This document shows positions 8,201 through 23,200 of a DNA stretch of 64,000 nt, piece by piece (position 1 is the stretch's first letter; the number at the start of each line of letters is the position of its first letter). The notes under the pieces are model-generated. The model saw only the letters and a program-made list of their open reading frames with translations. It had not been told where the DNA came from and did not search any database. Position numbers and translations under genes: made by a program. The stretch covers positions 436,232,001 through 436,296,000 of the forward strand of contig OZ024740.1 in assembly GCA_964016885.1 (NCBI GenBank), read 5' to 3'. The DNA is from Eledone cirrhosa (lineage: Eukaryota).

Positions 8201-11200
8201 TACAAGACCTAACTTTGGAATATGAGGTAGTTTATAGTGAGACTAGACCTAACTATGTAATATGAGGTAATCTATAGTGAGACTTGACCTAACTATGGAA
8301 TGTGAGGTAATTTATAGTGGGACAGGACCTAACTATGTAATATTTGGTAATTTATAGTGAGACTGGACCTGACTATGTAATATGAGGTAATTTATAGTGA
8401 GACAGGACCTAACTATGGAATATGAGGTAATTTATAGTGAGACTGGACCTGACTATGTAATATGAGGTAATTTATAGTGAGACTAGACCTAACTATGGAA
8501 TATGAGGTAATTTATAGTGAGACTAGACCTAACTATGGAATATGAGGTAATTTATAGTGAGACTAGACCTAACTATGTAATATGAGGTAATTTATAGTGA
8601 GACAGGACCTAACTATGGAATATGAGGTAATTTATAGTGAGACTAGACCTAACTATGTAATATGAGGTAATTTATAGTGTGACTAGACCTAACTATGGAA
8701 TATGAGGTAATTTATAGTGAGACTGGACCTGACTATGTAATATGAGGCAATTTATAGTGAGACTAGACCTAACTATGGAATATGAGGTAATTTATAGTGA
8801 GACTAGACCTAACTATGGAATATGAGGTAATTTATAGTGAGACTAGACCTAACTATGTAATATGAGGTAATTTATAGTGTGACTAGACCTAACTATGGCA
8901 TATGAGGTAATTTATAGTGGGACAGGACCTAACTATGGAATATGAGGTACTTTATAGTGAGACTAGACCTAAGCATGGAATATGAGGGAATTTATAGTGA
9001 GACTAGACCTAACTATGGAATATGAGGTAATTTATAGTGAGACAGAACCTAACTATGTAATATGAGGTAATTTATAGTGAGACAGGTCCTAACTATGGCA
9101 TATAAGGTAATTTATAGTGAGACAGGACATAACTATGTAATATGAGGTAATTTAAAGTGAGACAGGACCTAACTATGGAATATGAGGTAATTTATAGTGA
9201 GACTAGACCTAACTATGTAATATGAGGTAATTTATAGTGAGACTAGACCTAAATATGTAATATGAGGTAATTTATAATAAGACTAGACCTAATTTTGGAA
9301 TATGAGGTAATTTATTGTGGAACAGGCCCTAACTATGGAACTAGAAGTAATTTATAGTGAGACAGGAGCCAACTATGTAACATGAGGTAATGTGTAGTGA
9401 GTCAGGACCTAACTATGTAATATGAGGTAATTTATAGTGAGACTAGACATAACTATGGAATATGAGGTAATTTAGAGTGAGACAAGACTTAACTATGGAA
9501 TATGAGGTAATTTATAGAGAGGCAAGACCTAACTATGTAATATGAGGTAATTTATTGTGGGACAGGACCTAACTATGGAAATAGAGGTAATTTATAGTAA
9601 GACTAGGCCTAGCTATGTAATATGAGGTAATTTATAGTGAGACTAGACCTAATTATGGAATATGAGGTTATTTATTGTGAGACAGGAGCTAAGTATGGAA
9701 TATGAGGTAATTTATAGTGAGACAGGACCTAACTATGGAATATGAGGTAATTTATAGTGAGACTAGAGCTAACACTGTAATATGAGGTAATTTATAGCGA
9801 GACAAGACCTAACTATGGAATATGAGGTAATTTATACTGAGACAGGAGCCAACTATGTAATATGAGTTAATTTATAGTGAGATAGGACCTAACTATGTAA
9901 TATGAAGTACTTTATAGTGAGACTAGACCTAACCATGGAATATGAGGTAATTTATAGTGAGACTAGACCTAACTATGTAATATGAGGTAATTTATAGCGA
10001 GACAGGACCTAACTAGGTAATATGAGGTTATTTATAGTGAGACAGGACCTAACTATGTAATATGAGGTAATGTATAGTGAGACTACACCTAACTATGTTA
10101 TATGAGGTAATTTATAGTGAGAGAGTTCCTACCTATGGAAGATGAGGTAATTTATAGTGACACTAGACCTAACTATCGAATATGAGGTATTTTATAGCGA
10201 GACAGGAGCCAACTATGTAATATGAGGTAATTTATAGTAATACTAATACAGGACCTAACTATGGAATATGACGTAATTTATAGTGAGACTAGACCTAAGT
10301 ATGGAATATGAGGTAATTTATAGTGATACTAGACCCAACTATGTAATATGAGGTAATTTATAGTGAGACAATAGCCAACTATATAATATGAGGTAATTTA
10401 TAGTGAGACAGGAGCCAACTATGGAATATGAGGTAATTTATTGTGGGACTAGACCTAACTATGGAAATAGAGGTAATTTAGAGTGAGACTAGACCTAACT
10501 ATGTAATATGAGGTAATTTATAGTAAGACTAGACCTAACTATGGAATATGAGGTAATTTATTGTGGAACAGGACCTAACTATGGAAATAGAGGTAATTTA
10601 TAATGAGACTAGACCTAACTATGTAATATGAGGTAATTTATAGTGAGACTAGACCTAACTTTGGAATATGAGGTAATTTATTGTGGAACAGGACCTAACT
10701 ATGGAAATAGAAGTAATTTATAGTGAGACAGGACCTAACTATGGAATATGAGGTAATTTCTAGTGAGACAGGACCTAACTATGGAATATGAGGTAATTTA
10801 TAGTGAGACTAGACCTAAGTTTGGAATATGAGGTAATTTATAGTGAGACAGGAGCCAACTATATAATATGAGGTAATTTATAGTGAGACTAGACCTAACT
10901 AAGTAATATGAGGTAATTTATAGTGAGACAGGAGCCAACTATGGAATATGAGGTAATTTATTGTGGGACTAGAGCTAACTATGGAAATGGAGGTAATTTA
11001 TAGTGATACAGAAGCCAACTATGTAATGTGAGGTAATGTATAGTGGGTCAGGACCTAAATATGTAATGTGAGGTAATTTATAGTGAGACTAGACATAACT
11101 ATGGAATATGAGGTAATTTATAGTGAGACAGCAACTAACTCTGTAATATGAGGTAATTTATAGAGAGGCAGGACCTAACTATGTAATATGAGGTAATTTA

Positions 11201-14200
11201 TTGTGGGACAGGACCTAACTATGGAAATAGAGGTAATTTATAGTAAGACTAGGCCTAGCTATGTAATATGAGGTAATTTATAGAGAGGCAGGACCTAACT
11301 ATGTAATATGAGGTAGTTTATTGTGGCACAGGACCTAACTATGGAAATAGAAGTAGTTTATAGTGAGACTAGACCTAACTATGGAATATGAGGTAATTTA
11401 TATTGAGACTAGACATAACTATGGAATATGAGGTAATTTATAGTGAGACAGGAGCTAAGTATGGAATATCAGGTAATTTATAGTGAGACAGGACCTAACT
11501 ATGGAATATGAGGTAATTTATAGTGAGACTAGACCTAACACTGTAATATGAGGTAATTTATAGCGAGACAAGACCTAACTATGGAATATGAGGTAATTTA
11601 TAGTGAGACAGGAGCCAACTATGTAATATGAGGTAATTTATAGTGAGACAGGACCTAACTATGGAATATGAGGTAATTTATAGTCAGACTAGACCTAACT
11701 ATGTAATATGAGGTAAATTAGAGTGAGATAGGACCTAACTATGTAATATGAAGTTCTTTATAGTGAGACTAGACCTAACTATGTAACATGAGGTAGTTTA
11801 GAGTGAGACAGGACCTAACTATGTAATATGAGGTAATTCATAGTGAGACAGGAGCCAACTATGGAATATGAGGTAATTTACGGTGAGACAGGGCCTAACT
11901 ATGGAATATGAGGTAATTTATAGTGAGACTTGACCTAACTATGTAAATTGAGGTAATTTAGAGTGAGACTAGACATGACTATGGAATATGAGATAAGGTT
12001 TAGTGAGACTAGACCTAACTATGTAATATGAGGTAATTTATAGTGAGACTAGACCTAACTATGTAATATGAGGTAATTTATAGTGGGAGAGGAGCTAACT
12101 ATGTATTATGAGGTAATCTATAGTGAGACTAGACCTAACTATGTAATATGAGGTAATTTATAGCTAGACAAGACCTAACTATGGAATATGAGGTAATTTA
12201 TAGCGAGACAGGACCTAACTATGTAATATGAGGTAATGTATAGTGAGACAGGACCTAACTATGTAATATGAGGTAATGTATAGTGAGACTAAACCTAACT
12301 ATGTTATATGAGGTAATTTATAGTGAGAGAGTTCCTAACTATGGAATATGAGGTAATTTATAGTGACACTAGACCTAACTATGGAATATGAGGTAATTTA
12401 TAGTGAGACAGGACCTAACTATGTAATATGAGGTAATGTATGGTGAGACTAAACCTGACTATGTTATATGAGGTAATTTATAGTGAGAGAGTTCCTAACT
12501 ATGGAATATGAGGTAATTTGTAGTGACACTAGACCTAACTATGGAATATGAGGTAATTTATAGCGAGACAGGAGCCAACTATGTAATATGAGGTAATTTA
12601 TAGTAATACAGGACCTAACTATGGAATATGAGGTAATTTATAGTGAGACAGGACCTAACTATGGAATATGAGGTAATTTCTAGTGAGACAGGACCTAACT
12701 ATGGAATATGAGGTAATTTCTAGTGAGACAGGACCTAACTATGGAATATGAGGTAATTTATAGTGAGACTAGACCAAAGTATGGAATATGAGGTAATTTA
12801 TAGTGAGACAGGACCTAACTATGGAATATGAGGTAATTTATAGTGAGACTAGACCAAAGTATGGAATATGAGGTAATTTATAGTGATACTAGACCCAGCT
12901 ATGTAATATGAGGTAATTTATAGTGAGACAGGAGCCAACTATGGAATATGAGGTAATTTATTGTGGGACTAGACCTAACTATGGAAATGGAGGTAATTTA
13001 TAGTTAGACTAGAGCTAACTATGTAATATGAGATAATTTATAGTGAGAGTAGACCTAACTATGTAATATGAGGTAATTTATAGTGAGACTAGACCTAACT
13101 ATGTAATATGAGGTAATTTATAGTGAGACTAGACCTAACTATGGAATATGAGGTAATTTATAGTAAGACTAGACCTAACTATGGAATATGAGGTAATTTA
13201 TTGTGGAACAGGACCTAACTATGGAATATGAGGTAATTTATAGTGAGACAGGACCTAACTATGTAATATGAGGTAATTTATAGAGAGGCAGGACCTAACT
13301 ATGTAATATGAGGTAGTTTATTGTGGCACAGGACCTAACTATGGAAATAGAAGTAATTTATAGTGAGACTAGACGTAACACTGTAATATGAGGTAATTTA
13401 TAGCGAGACAAGACCTAACTATGGAATATGAGGTAATTTATAGTGAGACAGGAGCCAACTATGTATTATGAGGTAATTTATAGTGAGACAGGACCTAACT
13501 ATGGAATATGAGGTAATTTATAGTGAGACTAAACCTAACTATGTAATATGAGGTAATTTATAGTGAGATAGGACCTAACTATGTAATATGAAGTACTTTA
13601 TAGTGAGACTAGACCTAACTATGTAATATGAGGTAGTTTAGAGTGAGACAGGACCTAACTATGTAATATGAGGTAATTCATAGTGCGACAGGAGCCAACT
13701 ATGGAATATGAGGTAATTTATAGTGAGACAGGGCCTAACTATGGAATATGAGGTAATTTATAGTGAGACTTGACCTAACTATGTAAAATGAGGTAATTTA
13801 GAGTGAGACTAGACATGACTATGGAATATGAGGTAATGTATAGTGAGACTAGACCTAACTATGTAATATGAGGTAATTTATAGCGAGACAGGACCTAACT
13901 ATGTAATATGAGGTAATTTATAGTGAGACAGGACCTAACTATGTAATATGAGGTAATGTATAGTGAGAGTAAACCTAACTATGTTATATGAGGTAATTTA
14001 TAGTGAGAGAGTTCCTAACTATGGAATATGAGGTAATTTATAGTGACACTAGACCTAACTATGGAATATGAGGTAATCTATAGCGAGACAGGAGCCAACT
14101 ATGTAATATGAGGTAATTTATAGAGAGGCAGGACCTAACTATGTAATATGAGGTAGTTTATTGTGGCACAGGACCTAACTATGGAAATAGAAGTAGTTTA

Positions 14201-17200
14201 TAGTGAGACTAGACCTAACTATGGAATATGAGGTAATTTATATTGAGACTAGACATAACTATGTAATATGAGGTAATTTATAGTGAGACTAGACCTAACT
14301 ATGTAATATGAGGTAATTTATAGTGGGAGAGGAGCTAACTATGTATTATGATGTAATCTATAGTGAGACTAGACCTAACTATGGAATATGAGGTAATTTA
14401 TAGCGAGACAAGACCTAACTATGGAATATGAGGTAATTTATAGTGAGACAGGAGCCAACTATGTAATATGAGGTAATTCATAGTGAGACAGGACCTAACT
14501 ATGGAATATGAGGTAATTTATAGTGAGACTAGACCTAATTATGTAATATGAGGTAATTTATAGTGGGACAGGACATAACTATGTAATATGATGTAATCTA
14601 TAGTGAGACTAGACCTACCTATGTAATATGAGGTAATTTATAGCGAGACAGGGCCTAACTATGTGATATAAGGTAATTTATAGTGGGACAGGACCTAACT
14701 ATGTAATATGAGGTAATCTATAGTGAGACTAGACCTAACTATGTAATATGAGGTAATTTATAGCGAGACAGGACCTAACTATGTAATATGAGGTAATTTA
14801 TAGTGAGACAGGACCTAACTATGTAATATGAGGTAATGTATAGTGAGACTAAACCTAACTATGTTATATGAGGTAATTTATAGTGAGAGAGTTCCTAACT
14901 ATGGAATATGAGGTAATTTATAGTGACACTAGACCTAACTATGGAATATGAGGTAATTTATAGTGAGACAGGACCTAACTATGTAATATGAGGTAATGTA
15001 TGGTGAGACTAAACCTGACTATGTTATATGAGGTAATTTATAGTGAGAGAGTTCCTAACTATGGAATATGAGGTAATTTATAGTGACACTAGACCTAACT
15101 ATGGAATATGAGGTAATTTATAGCGAGACAGGAGCCAACTATGTAATATGAGGTAATTTATAGTAATACAGGACCTAACTATGGAATATGAGGTAATTTA
15201 TAGTGAGACAGGACCTAACTATGGAATATGAGGTAATTTCTAGTGAGACAGGACCTAACTATGGATTATGAGGTAATTTCTAGTGAGACAGGACCTAACT
15301 ATGGAATATGAGGTAATTTATAGTGTGACTAGACCAAAGTATGGAATATGAGGTAATTTATAGTGAGACAGGACCTAACTATGGAATATGAGGTAATTTA
15401 TAGTGAGACTAGACCAAAGTATGGAATATGAGGTAATTTATAGTGATACTAGACCCAGCTATGTAATATGAGGTAATTTATAGTGAGACAGGAGCCAACT
15501 ATGGAATATGAGGTAATTTATTGTGGGACTAGACCTAACTATGGAAATGGAGGTAATTTATAGTTAGACTAGAGCTAACTATGTAATATGAGATAATTTA
15601 TAGTGAGAGTAGACCTAACTATGTAATATGAGGTAATTTATAGTGAGACTAGACCTAACTATGTAATATGAGGTAATTTATAGTGAGACTAGACCTAACT
15701 ATGGAATATGAGGTAATTTATAGTAAGACTAGACCTAACTATGGAATATGAGGTAATTTATTGTGGAACAGGACCTAACTATGGAATATGAGGTAATTTA
15801 TAGTGAGACAGGACCTAACTATGTAATATGAGGTAATTTATAGAGAGGCAGGACCTAACTATGTAATATGAGGTAGTTTATTGTGGCACAGGACCTAACT
15901 ATAGAAATAGAAGTAATTTATAGTGAGACTAGACCTAACACTGTAATATGAGGTAATTTATAGCGAGACAAGACCTAACTATGGAATATGAGGTAATTTA
16001 TAGTGAGACAGGAGCCAACTATGTAATATGAGGTAATTTATAGTGAGACAGGACCTAACTATGGAATATGAGGTAATTTATAGTGAGACTAAACCTAACT
16101 ATGTAATATGAGGTAATTTATAGTGAGATAGGACCTAACTATGTAATATGAAGTACTTTATAGTGAGACTAGACCTAACTATGTAATATGAGGTAATTCA
16201 TAGTGCGACAGGAGCCAACTATGGAATATGAGGTAATTTATAGTGAGACAGGGCCTAACTATGGAATATGAGGTAATTTATAGTGAGACTTGACCTAACT
16301 ATGTAAAATGAGGTAATTTAGAGTGAGACTAGACATGACTATGGAATATGAGGTAATGTATAGTGAGACTAGACCTAACTATGTAATATGAGGTAATTTA
16401 TAGCGAGACAGGACCTAACTATGTAATATGAGGTAATTTATAGTGAGACAGGACCTAACTATGTAATATGAGGTAATGTATAGTGAGAGTAAACCTAACT
16501 ATGTTATATGAGGTAATTTATAGTGAGAGAGTTCCTAACTATGGAATATGAGGTAATTTATAGTGACACTAGACCTAACTATGGAATATGAGGTAATCTA
16601 TAGCGAGACAGGAGCCAACTATGTAATATGAGGTAATTTATAGTAATACAGGACCTAACTATGGAATATGAGGTAATTTATAATGAGACAGGACCTAACT
16701 ATGGAATATGAGGTAATTTCTAGTGAGACAGGACCTATCTATGGAATATGAGGTAATTTATAGTGAGACTAGACCTAAGTATGGAATATGAGGTAATTTA
16801 TAGTGATACTAGCCCCAACTATGTAATATGAGGTAATTTATAGTGAGACAGGAGCCAACTATATAATATGAGGTTATTTATAGTGAGACTAGACCTAACT
16901 ATGGAATATGAGGTAATTTATAGTGAGACTAGACCTAACTATGTAATATGACGTAATTTATAGTGAGATAGGACCTAACTATGTAATATGAAGTAATTTA
17001 TAGTGAGACTAGACCTAACTATGTAATATGAGGTAGTTTAGAGTGAGACAGGACCTAACAATGGAATATGAGGTAATGTGTAGTGAGTCAGGACCTAACT
17101 ATGTAATATGAGGTAATTTATAGTGAGACTAGACATAACTATGGAGTATGAGGTAAGTTAGAGTGAGACAGGACTTAACTATGGAATATGAGGTAATTTA

Positions 17201-20200
17201 TAGAGAGGCAAGACCTAACTATGTAATATGAGGTAATTTATTGTGGGACAGGACCTAACTATGGAAATAGAGGTAATTTATAGTAAGACTAGGCCTAGCT
17301 ATGTAATATGAGGTAATTTATAGTGAGACTAGACCTAACTATGGAATATGAGGTTATTTATTGAGAGACAGGAGCTAAGTATGGAATATGAGGTAATTTA
17401 TAGTGAGACAGGACCTAACTATGGAATATGAGGTAATTTATAGTGAGACTAGAGCTAACACTGTAATATGAGGTAATTTATAGCGAGACAAGACCTAACT
17501 ATGGAATATGAGGTAATTTATACTGAGACAGGAGCCAACTATGTAATATGAGTTAATTTATAGTGAGATAGGACCTAACTATGTAATATGAAGTACTTTA
17601 TAGTGAGACTAGACCTAACCATGGAATATGAGGTAATTTATAGTGAGACTAGACCTAACTATGTAATATGAGGTAATCTATAGTGAGACTAGACCTAACT
17701 ATGTAATATGAGGTAATTTATAGCGAGACAGGACCTAACTAGGTAATATGAGGTAATTTATTGTGAGACAGGACCTAACTATGTAATATGAGGTAATTTA
17801 TAGTGAGAGAGTTCCTAACTATGGAATATGAGGTAATTTATAGTGACACTAGACCTAACTATGGAATATGAGGTAATTTATAGCGAGACAGGAGCCAACT
17901 ATGTAATATGAGGTAATTTATAGTAATACTAATACAGGACCTAACTATGGAATATGAGGTAATTTATAGTGAGACAGGACCTAACTATGGAATATGAGGT
18001 AATTTCTAGTGAGACGGGACCTATCTATGGAATATGAGGTAATTCATAGTGAGACTAGACCTAAGTATGGAATATGAGGTAATTTATAGTGATACTAGAC
18101 CCAACTATGTAATATGAGGTAATTTATAGTGAGACAATAGCCAACTATATAATATGAGGTAATTTATAGTGAGACAGGAGCCAACTATGGAATATGAGGT
18201 AATTTATTGTGGGACTAGACCTAACTATGGAAATAGAGGTAATTTATAGTTAGACTAGACCTAACTATGTAATATGAGGTAATTTATTGTGATAGTAGAC
18301 CTAACTATGTAATATGAGGTAATCTATAGTGAGACTAGACCTAACTATGTAATATGAGGTAATTTATAGTAAGACTAGATCTAACTATGGAATATGAGGT
18401 AATTTAATGTGGAACAGGACCTAACTATGGAAATAGAGGTAATTTATAATGAGACTAGACCTAACTATGTAATATGAGGTAATTTATAGTGAGACTAGAC
18501 CTAACTTTGGAATATGAGGTAATTTATTGTGGAACAGGACCTAACTAAGGAAATAGAAGTAATTTATAGTGAGACAGGAGCCAACTATGTAATATGAGGT
18601 AATGTATAGTGAGTCAGGACCTAACTATGTAATATGAGATAATTTATAGTGAGACTAGACATAACTATGGAATATGAGGTCATTTATAGTGAGACAGGAC
18701 ATAACTATGTAATATGAGGTAATGTATGGTGAGACTAAACCTAACTATGGAGTATGAGGTAATTTATAGTGAGAGAGTTCCTAACTATGGAATATGAGGT
18801 AATTTATAGTGACACTAGACCTAACTATGGAATATGAGGTAATTTATAGCGAGACAAGACCTAACTATGGAATATGAGTTAATTTCTAGTGAGACAGGAC
18901 CTAACTATGGAATATGAGGTAATTTCTAGTGAGACAGGACCTAACTATGGAATATGAGGTAATTTATAGTGAGACTAGACCTAACTATGGAATATGAGGT
19001 AATTTATAGTGAGACAGGAGCCAACTATATAATATGAGGTAATTTATAGTGAGACTAGACCTAACTAAGTAATATGAGGTAATTTATAGTGAGACAGGAG
19101 CCAACTATGTAATATGAGGTAATGTATAGTGGGCCAGGACCTAAATATGTAATGTGAGGTAATTTATAGTGAGACTAGACATAACTATGGAATATGAGGT
19201 AATTTATAGTGAGACAGGAACTAACTATGTAATATGAGGTAATTTATAGAGAGGCAGGACCTAACTATGTAATATGAGGTAATTTATTGTGGGACAGGGC
19301 CTAACTATGGAAATAGAGGTAATTTATGGTAAGACTAGGCCTAGCTATGTAATATGAGGTAATTTATAGAGAGGCAGGACCTAACTATGTAATATGAGGT
19401 AGTTTATTGTGGCACAGGACCTAACTATGGAAATAGAAGTAGTTTATAGTGAGACTAGACCTAACTATGGAATATGAGGTAATTTATATTGAGACTAGAC
19501 ATAACTATGGAATATGAGGTAATTTATAGTGAGACAGGAGCTAAGTATGGAATATCAGGTAATTTATAGTGAGACAGGACCTAACTATGGAATATGAGGT
19601 AATTTATTGTGAGACTAGACCTAACACTGTAATATGAGGTAATTTATAGTGAGACAGGACCTAACTATGGAATATGAGGTAATTTATAGTGAGACTAGAC
19701 CTAACTATGTAATATGAGGTAACTTAGAGTGAGATAGGACCTAACTATGTAATATGAAGTCCTTTATAGTGAAACTAGACCTAACTATGTAACATGAGGT
19801 AGTTTAGAGTGAGACAGGACCTAACTATGTAATATGAGGTAATTCATAGTGAGACAGGAGCCAACTATGGAATATGAGGTAATTTATGGTGAGACAGGGC
19901 CTAACTATGGAATATGAGGTAATTTATAGTGAGACTTGACCTAACTATGTAAAATGAGGTAATTTAGAGTGAGACTAGACATGACTATGGAATATGAGGT
20001 AAGGTATAGTGAGACTAGACCTAACTATGTAATATGAGGTAATTTATAGTGAGACTAGACCTAACTATGTAATATGAGGTAATTTATAGTGGGAGAGGAC
20101 CTAACTATGTATTATGAGGTAATCTATAGTGAGACTAGACCTAACTATGGAATATGAGGTAATTTATAGTGAGACAGGAGCCAACTATGTAATATGAGGT

Positions 20201-23200
20201 AATTCATAGTGAGACAGGACCTAACTATGTAATATGAGGTAATCTATAGTGAGACTAGACCTAACTATGTAATATGAGGTAATTTATAGCGAGACAGGAC
20301 CTAACTATGTAATATGAGGTAATTTATAGTGAGACAGGACCTAACTATGTAATATGAGGTAATGTATAGTGAGACTAAACCTAACTATGTTATATGAGGT
20401 AATTTATAGTGAGAGAGTTCCTAACTATGGAATATGAGGTAATTTATAGTGACACTAGACCTAACTATGGAATATGAGGTAATTTATAGTGAGACAGGAC
20501 CTAACTATGTAATATGAGGTAATGTATGGTGAGACTAAACCTGACTATGTTATATGAGGTAATTTATAGTGAGAGAGTTCCTAACTATGGAATATGAGGT
20601 AATTTATAGTGACACTAGACCTAACTATGGAATATGAGGTAATTTATAGCGAGACAGGAGCCAACTATGTAATATGAGGTAATTTATAGTAATACAGGAC
20701 CTAACTATAGAATATGAGGTAATTTATAGTGAGACAGGACCTAACTATGGAATATGAGGTAATTTCTAGTGAGACAGGACCTAACTATAGAATATGAGGT
20801 AATTTCTAGTCAGACAGGACCTAACTATGGAATATGAGGTAATTTATAGTGAGACTAGACCAAAGTATGGAATATGACGTAATTTATAGTGAGACAGGAC
20901 CTAACTATGGAATATGAGGTAATTTATAGTGAGACTAGACCGATGTATGGAATATGAGGTAATTTATAGTGATACTAGACCCAACTATGTAATATGAGGT
21001 AATTTATAGTGAGACAGGAGCCAACTATGGAATATGAGGTAATTTATTGTGGGACTAGACCTAACTATGGAAATGGAGGTAATTTATAGTTAGACTAGAG
21101 CTAACTATGTAATATGAGGTAATTTATAGTGAGACTAGACCTAACTATGTAATATGAGGTAATTTATAGTAAGACTAGACCTAACTATGGAATATGAGGT
21201 AATTTATAGTAAGACTAGACCTAACTATGGAATATGAGGTAATTTATTGTGGAACAGGACCTAACTATGGAATATGAGGTAATTTATAGTGAGACAGGAC
21301 CTAACTATGTAATATGAGGTAATTTATAGTGAGGCAGGACCTAACTATGTAATATGAGGTAATTTATTGTGGGACAGGGCCTAACTATGGAAATAGAGGT
21401 AATTTATACTGGGACTAGACCTAACACTGTAATATGAGGTAATTTATAGCGAGACAAGACCTAACTATGGAATATGAGGTAATTTATAGTGAGACAGGAG
21501 CCAACTATGTAATATGAGGTAATTTATAGTGAGACAGGACCTAACTATGGAATATGAGGTAATTTATAGTGAGACTAAACCTAACTATGTAATATGAGGT
21601 AATTTATAGTGAGATAGGACCTAACTATGTAACATGAAGTACTTTATAGTGAGACTAGACCTAACTATGTAATATGAGGTAATGTATAGTGAGAGTAAAC
21701 CTAACTATGTTATATGAGGTAATTTATAGTGAGAGAGTTCCTAACTATGGAATATGAGGTAATTTATAGTGACACTAGACCTAACTATGGAATATGAGGT
21801 AATCTATAGCGAGACAGGAGCCAATTATGTAATATGAGGTAATTTATAGTAATACAGGACCTAACTATGGAATATGAGGTAATTTATAGTGAGACAGGAC
21901 CTAACTATGGAATATGAGGTAATGTCTAGTGAGACAGGACCTATCTATGGAATATGAGGTAATTTATAGTGAGACTAGACCTAAGTATGGAATATGAGGT
22001 AATTTATAGGGATACTAGCCCCAACTATGTAATATGAGGTAATTTATAGTGAGACAGGAGCCAACTATATAATATGAGGTTATTTATAGTGAGACTAGCC
22101 CTAACTATGGAATATGAGGTAATTTATAGTGAGACTAGACCTAACTATGTAATATGAGGTAATTTATAGTGAGATAGGACCTAACTATGTAATATGAAGT
22201 ACTTTATAGTGAGACTAGACCTAACTATGTAATATGAGGTAGTTTAGAGTGAGACAGGACCTAACTATGTAATATGAGGTAATTCATAGTGAGACAGGAG
22301 CCAACTATGGAATATGAGGTAATTTAAAGTGAGACAGGGCCTAACTATGGAATATGAGGTAATTTAAAGTGAGACAGGGCCTAACTATGGAATATAACGT
22401 AATTTATAGTGAGACTTGACCTAACTATGTAAAATGAGGTAATTTAGAGTGAGACTAGAACTGACTATGGAATATGAGGTAATTTATAGTGAGACAGGAG
22501 CCAACTATGTAATATGAGGTAATTTATAGTGGGACAGGACCTAACTATGTAATATGATGTAATCTATAGTGAGACTGGACCTAGCTATGTAATATGAGGT
22601 AATTTATAGCGAGACAGGACCTAACTATGTGATATAAGGTAATTTATAGTGGGACAGGACCTAACTATGTAATATGAGGTAATCTATAGTGAGACTAGAC
22701 CTAACTATGTAATATGAGGTAATTTATAGCGAGACAGGACCTAACTATGTAATATGAGGTAATTTATAGTGAGACAGGACCTAACTATGTAATATGAGGT
22801 AATGTATAGTGAGACTAAACCTAACTATGTTATATGAGGTAATTTAGAGTGAGAGAGTTCCTAACTATGGAATATGAGGTAATTTATAGTGACACTAGAC
22901 ATAACTATGGAATATGAGGTAATTTATAGCGAGACAGGAGCCAACTATGTAATATGAGGTAATTTATAGTAATACAGGACCTAACTATGGAATATGAGGT
23001 AATTTATAGTGAGACAGGACCTAACTATGGAATATGAGGTAATTTCTAGTGAGACAGGACCTATCTATGGAATATGAGGTAATTTATAGTGAGACTAGAA
23101 CTAAATATGGAATATGAGGTAATTTATAGTGATACTAGCCCCCACTATGTAATATGAGGTAATTTATAGTGTGACAGGAGCCAACTATATAATATGAGGT

